This document shows positions 45,797-48,532 of a stretch of DNA of 48,532 bases, one piece after another. Within the stretch, counting starts at the first letter, position 1. Every line of letters begins with the position of its first letter. The translations under genes were made by a program, and so were the position numbers. The notes under the pieces were generated by a model. It made no database searches. It was not told where the DNA came from and saw only the letters and a program-made list of their open reading frames with translations. The stretch is from a virus. Taxonomy: Duplodnaviria; Caudoviricetes. The DNA lies in IMG/VR virus record IMGVR_UViG_3300031860_000003, positions 1 to 48,532 of that record. The stretch is one strand, 5' to 3'.

Positions 45797-46017
45797 CACC
45801 ACCTCGCCACGACGCCGACCGCCAGGATTAGCGCGAGCGCCGAGAGCGCCGCGCTGAACACGCTCAACCGCAGCCCCCACGTCGGGTGCTCGAGGACGAA
45901 CCGCGCCACGGGATGCGCCGCCTCCCATTCGCAGGCCTTGCAGGTGGGGAACTGCTCGCGCAGGTGTTCGGGCATGGTGGTTTCCGGGTTGAATCCGTGC
46001 CTACACGTCGGCGTCAT
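45793..46017 (-). CDS. Hypothetical membrane protein
   Basis: CRHG...CKAC plus C-terminal TM helix. Confidence 0.5.
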   Translation of the reverse strand: MTPTCRHGFNPETTMPEHLREQFPTCKACEWEAAHPVARFVLEHPTWGLRLSVFSAALSALALILAVGVVARWW

Positions 46018-46204
46018 AAGGTGGCTTCCCTTCACTCTCTCGCAGGAATCGGCGGGCCCGCTCCATCGGATCCACCGAGGAGGTGTAGCCGTGGCAGTTG
46101 CCGCAGTACCCCCACTCGATGTCGTGCGGGTTGTAGCTGGTCATGTGGCAGACCGGGCAGGTGACGTGCGGGTACTGCTCGGTGTGCGGGTAGTCCTTAG
46201 TCAT
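46001..46204 (-). CDS. Small Zn-ribbon protein
   Basis: TCPVCHMTSYNPHDIEWGYCGNCH. Confidence 0.65.
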   Translation of the reverse strand: MTKDYPHTEQYPHVTCPVCHMTSYNPHDIEWGYCGNCHGYTSSVDPMERARRFLRESEGKPPYDADV

Positions 46205-46547
46205 CGGGGTTCCTCGGGATCAGCTTGTCCATGAACTCGGCGCGGCTCATCGTCTCGCCCACCATCCAGGGGGAATCAGGGGTGTCGAGGACCTGGCGCA
46301 ACTCCTCGGCTGCGGACAGCCTGCTCTCGGCCGTAGGAGGGGTCGGGGAGCCCTTCGCCGTGCCCTTGGGTTCCTGTAGCTCCCCGACCCCACGTTCATC
46401 CACCGGTTCGGCCAGCACGTTGCGGCACTCCCGGTGCGCGTGATGCCCGTCCAGGTGATACCACTGGCCGGGGTCCAGCTTGTGGGTGCTGATCAGCTGG
46501 ATCGGCTGGTGGCAGTGCTTGCACGTCGACTCGGTCGACTTAGTCAA
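46197..46547 (-). CDS. Hypothetical protein
   Basis: CKHC...WYH motif. Confidence 0.55.
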   Translation of the reverse strand: MTKSTESTCKHCHQPIQLISTHKLDPGQWYHLDGHHAHRECRNVLAEPVDERGVGELQEPKGTAKGSPTPPTAESRLSAAEELRQVLDTPDSPWMVGETMSRAEFMDKLIPRNPDD

Positions 46548-46716
46548 TCTGCACCCCCATCAGCACGTCGGTCAGGTGGTCCAGGTAGGCGGGCAGGTAC
46601 TCGCCGGCGAACCCGCAGGTGCAGTTGCCCGAGAGCTGGCGGCCGGCGTGCTGGTGGTTCTCCAGCAGCAGCCGGGTCACGTCCCACTCGGCCCGCACCA
46701 TCTGCGCCTCGCTCAT
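46540..46716 (-). CDS. Hypothetical protein
   Basis: H...CTCG...HLTDVL motif; ATGA-coupled. Confidence 0.55.
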   Translation of the reverse strand: MSEAQMVRAEWDVTRLLLENHQHAGRQLSGNCTCGFAGEYLPAYLDHLTDVLMGVQID

Positions 46717-46874
46717 GTGATCGCCCCGTCCGGCCAGACCATGTCGTAGTTCTCCGTCCCGCAGTGCACGCACCGCTTGAGCGCGAACACCGGCATGTCG
46801 GCCCACTCGCGCGGCGGCTCGATCCGCCGGTGGACCTGCCAGTCATGGCTCCCGAACAGACACCGCAGTCTCAA
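46713..46874 (-). CDS. Hypothetical protein (RCLFGSHDW...RCVHCG); start uncertain
   Basis: Common phage C-x-x-G-x-H-x-W motif. Confidence 0.5.
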   Translation of the reverse strand: MRLRCLFGSHDWQVHRRIEPPREWADMPVFALKRCVHCGTENYDMVWPDGAIT

Positions 46875-47092
46875 CAGCGCACCTCCACGCTCATCTCGAT
46901 CTTGTGATCGCTGGACAGCGGGCCCGTGCCGTGCTGGTGCGCCCACGCGTCGCGCTCACGCTCGGTGGCGAACGGCATCGGCGCCCAGCGGTCCGGCCAG
47001 CAGTCCCCGCAGTAGGCCAGGAAGAACACCCTGGGGCGGCCCAGGAAGCGGTGGGTTTCCCCGGTGCCGGTGATGTGTTCGACGGTCATCAT
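46871..47092 (-). CDS. Hypothetical protein
   Basis: CGDC...ERDAWAHQH. Confidence 0.55.
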   Translation of the reverse strand: MMTVEHITGTGETHRFLGRPRVFFLAYCGDCWPDRWAPMPFATERERDAWAHQHGTGPLSSDHKIEMSVEVRC

Positions 47093-47223
47093 CGCCGCTG
47101 CCTCTCCAGATAGGCGACCAGCTTGGCCGGATAGGGACGGCCCGTCTTGTCGCAGTTGCGCTTGAGCACCACCATGATTCGGCGCTCCAATTCCTCGTCG
47201 CTCATATTCGCCAGATCCGCCAC
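47089..47223 (-). CDS. Hypothetical protein (44 aa)
   Basis: GGGAG SD and ATGA overlap. Confidence 0.45.
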   Translation of the reverse strand: MADLANMSDEELERRIMVVLKRNCDKTGRPYPAKLVAYLERQRR

Positions 47224-47224
47224 G

Positions 47225-47365
47225 CTAGCGCCGACTCCCGTCCTCGATATAGGCGACCAGCAGTTTGAGCGCCTGAGCGGCGGGGCTGGGCCAGTTGCGT
47301 GGATCGTCAACCGCTCGAAGGCATTGCTTGGACTCTGCGAGCACCTGGTCGAGTTGTTTGCCCAT
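47225..47365 (-). CDS. Hypothetical protein (46 aa)
   Basis: GAAAGGA SD after an AT-rich gap. Confidence 0.5.
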   Translation of the reverse strand: MGKQLDQVLAESKQCLRAVDDPRNWPSPAAQALKLLVAYIEDGSRR

Positions 47366-47410
47366 CGTTAGTTCCTTTCATAGATAAACGTTGCCGATCC
47401 TTGGGTGTCG

Positions 47411-47806
47411 TCATATCGTTCCGAACCTCCCGAAGTCGGGCAGCGCCGGCTTGCCGTCCAGGCGCCCCCACAGGTGCAGCACGTTGCTGCGGATGTTGAT
47501 GTGCTGCTCGGGCGGCACGAAGCACTGATAGGCGTGCCCGTCGCCGAACACCGCGCGGTGCAGCTCTTTCAGGTCGGAGTAGCTCGGGACGCGGGCCTGC
47601 ATCCGGTAACTGACCGACGCGTGCAGCCAGTCGGTGCCCGGCTCGCTGGCCGGGTCGATCGACACGATGATTCCCTTGCCGCCCGGGCCCAGGATGAACC
47701 AGGCGTCCTCGGACTCCTGTCCGTCCCAGCTCCACGCCGATGGCTTCTCCCACTGATGCCCCAGCCGCTTGTGGATGGCGGCGATGTCGATGCGGTCGCG
47801 GTTCAT
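47411..47806 (-). CDS. Conserved phage protein (DUF7694-like)
   Basis: WLHASVS...PSYSDL...HINIRSNVLHLW; family name from recollection. Confidence 0.7.
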   Translation of the reverse strand: MNRDRIDIAAIHKRLGHQWEKPSAWSWDGQESEDAWFILGPGGKGIIVSIDPASEPGTDWLHASVSYRMQARVPSYSDLKELHRAVFGDGHAYQCFVPPEQHINIRSNVLHLWGRLDGKPALPDFGRFGTI

Positions 47807-48117
47807 GTGCGCTGCCGCCCGGTGAAGATGTGCCACACGTAGCGGTCCATCACCACGGTGCCCAGGTAGCTACTGAACGCGCCGAGATTGTCCGGCTCGA
47901 TCTCCCGCGGCATCGGGTGCCCGGTGCCCACGATGTAGATCGGCACCGTCACCGGGTCGTGGCGGGAATCCTGCTCGTCGAGGACCATCGCCCACAGGTC
48001 GATGTCGCCGTCCTTGCCGATCGCCACCGTGAGCACCTCGGCCGGCCAGCCGATGGACAGCTCCTGATACTCGGTCAGCTCCAGCGGGTAGCGCAGGATG
48101 CGGTAGTCATCGGGCAT
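47803..48117 (-). CDS. Conserved phage protein (DUF7352-like)
   Basis: LWAMV...IVGTGHP...YLGTV...VWHIF; family name from recollection. Confidence 0.7.
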   Translation of the reverse strand: MPDDYRILRYPLELTEYQELSIGWPAEVLTVAIGKDGDIDLWAMVLDEQDSRHDPVTVPIYIVGTGHPMPREIEPDNLGAFSSYLGTVVMDRYVWHIFTGRQRT

Positions 48118-48280
48118 AAGGCACGTCCGATCGGGGCCGCTCCGACTCGGGCGGCAAGGTGCCCGCCTCTTTCGCCGCGGCGTAGTGCGGGCAGTGCGAC
48201 CAGTGCCCGCACGCCAGGTTTCTCAGGTTCATCGTCTCGAAACCGCAAGTGCCGCAGCGGTATCCCTGTATTCCACTCAT
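48107..48280 (-). CDS. Hypothetical Cys-rich protein (57 aa)
   Basis: GAGGTGA SD; CGTCG...CGHWSHC. Confidence 0.45.
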   Translation of the reverse strand: MSGIQGYRCGTCGFETMNLRNLACGHWSHCPHYAAAKEAGTLPPESERPRSDVPYAR

Positions 48281-48283
48281 CAC

Positions 48284-48493
48284 TCACCTCGCATACGGGT
48301 TGTATCTGCGCCGTTTCCACCACGGGCGGGCCTCGACCTCCTCGATCGCGCGCAACAGGCTGATGTTGGCGCCCACCAGCTTGGTGATGATCTCCCACAG
48401 CACCGGATCGCTCTGCGCGATCGGCTTCTGGATCTCGTGCCAGCGGTCCATCATCGCCACCACGTCGCGCCGGGCGCGCTCCGCGTGACTCAT
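48284..48493 (-). CDS. Hypothetical protein
   Basis: GGAGG SD; RPWWKRR tail. Confidence 0.55.
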   Translation of the reverse strand: MSHAERARRDVVAMMDRWHEIQKPIAQSDPVLWEIITKLVGANISLLRAIEEVEARPWWKRRRYNPYAR

Positions 48494-48532
48494 TTGCGCT
48501 GCCTCCGTTGCTGCACCCGATAGCTCATCACG

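Overview
High-GC actinobacteriophage (mycobacteriophage-like siphovirus or prophage) segment, read almost entirely on the minus strand; no host genes are recognisable. From right to left: about 25 small accessory genes, a NUMOD4-HNH nuclease, a glycosyltransferase/methyltransferase cluster, a probable small terminase, an array of 30 tRNA genes covering all 20 amino acids (split by an antisense methyltransferase gene), then large terminase, HK97-type portal, protease and capsid, neck genes, major tail, frameshifting tail chaperones, a 2951-aa tape measure and minor tail genes. Most striking: at least five tRNA sub-clusters are each preceded by an 11-22 aa leader ORF enriched in the codons read by the tRNAs just downstream, and several leaders can base-pair with the 5' acceptor strand of the first tRNA. 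This suggests a ribosome-sensing, attenuation-like control of tRNA supply (mechanism is inference). Also present: two GGY-NN pentamer arrays each followed by a hairpin (candidate guide-like RNAs), a dispersed 18-bp palindrome in 6 copies, a duplicated structured RNA, and tRNAs with patterned anticodon-arm changes. All calls were made by eye; no searches were run.
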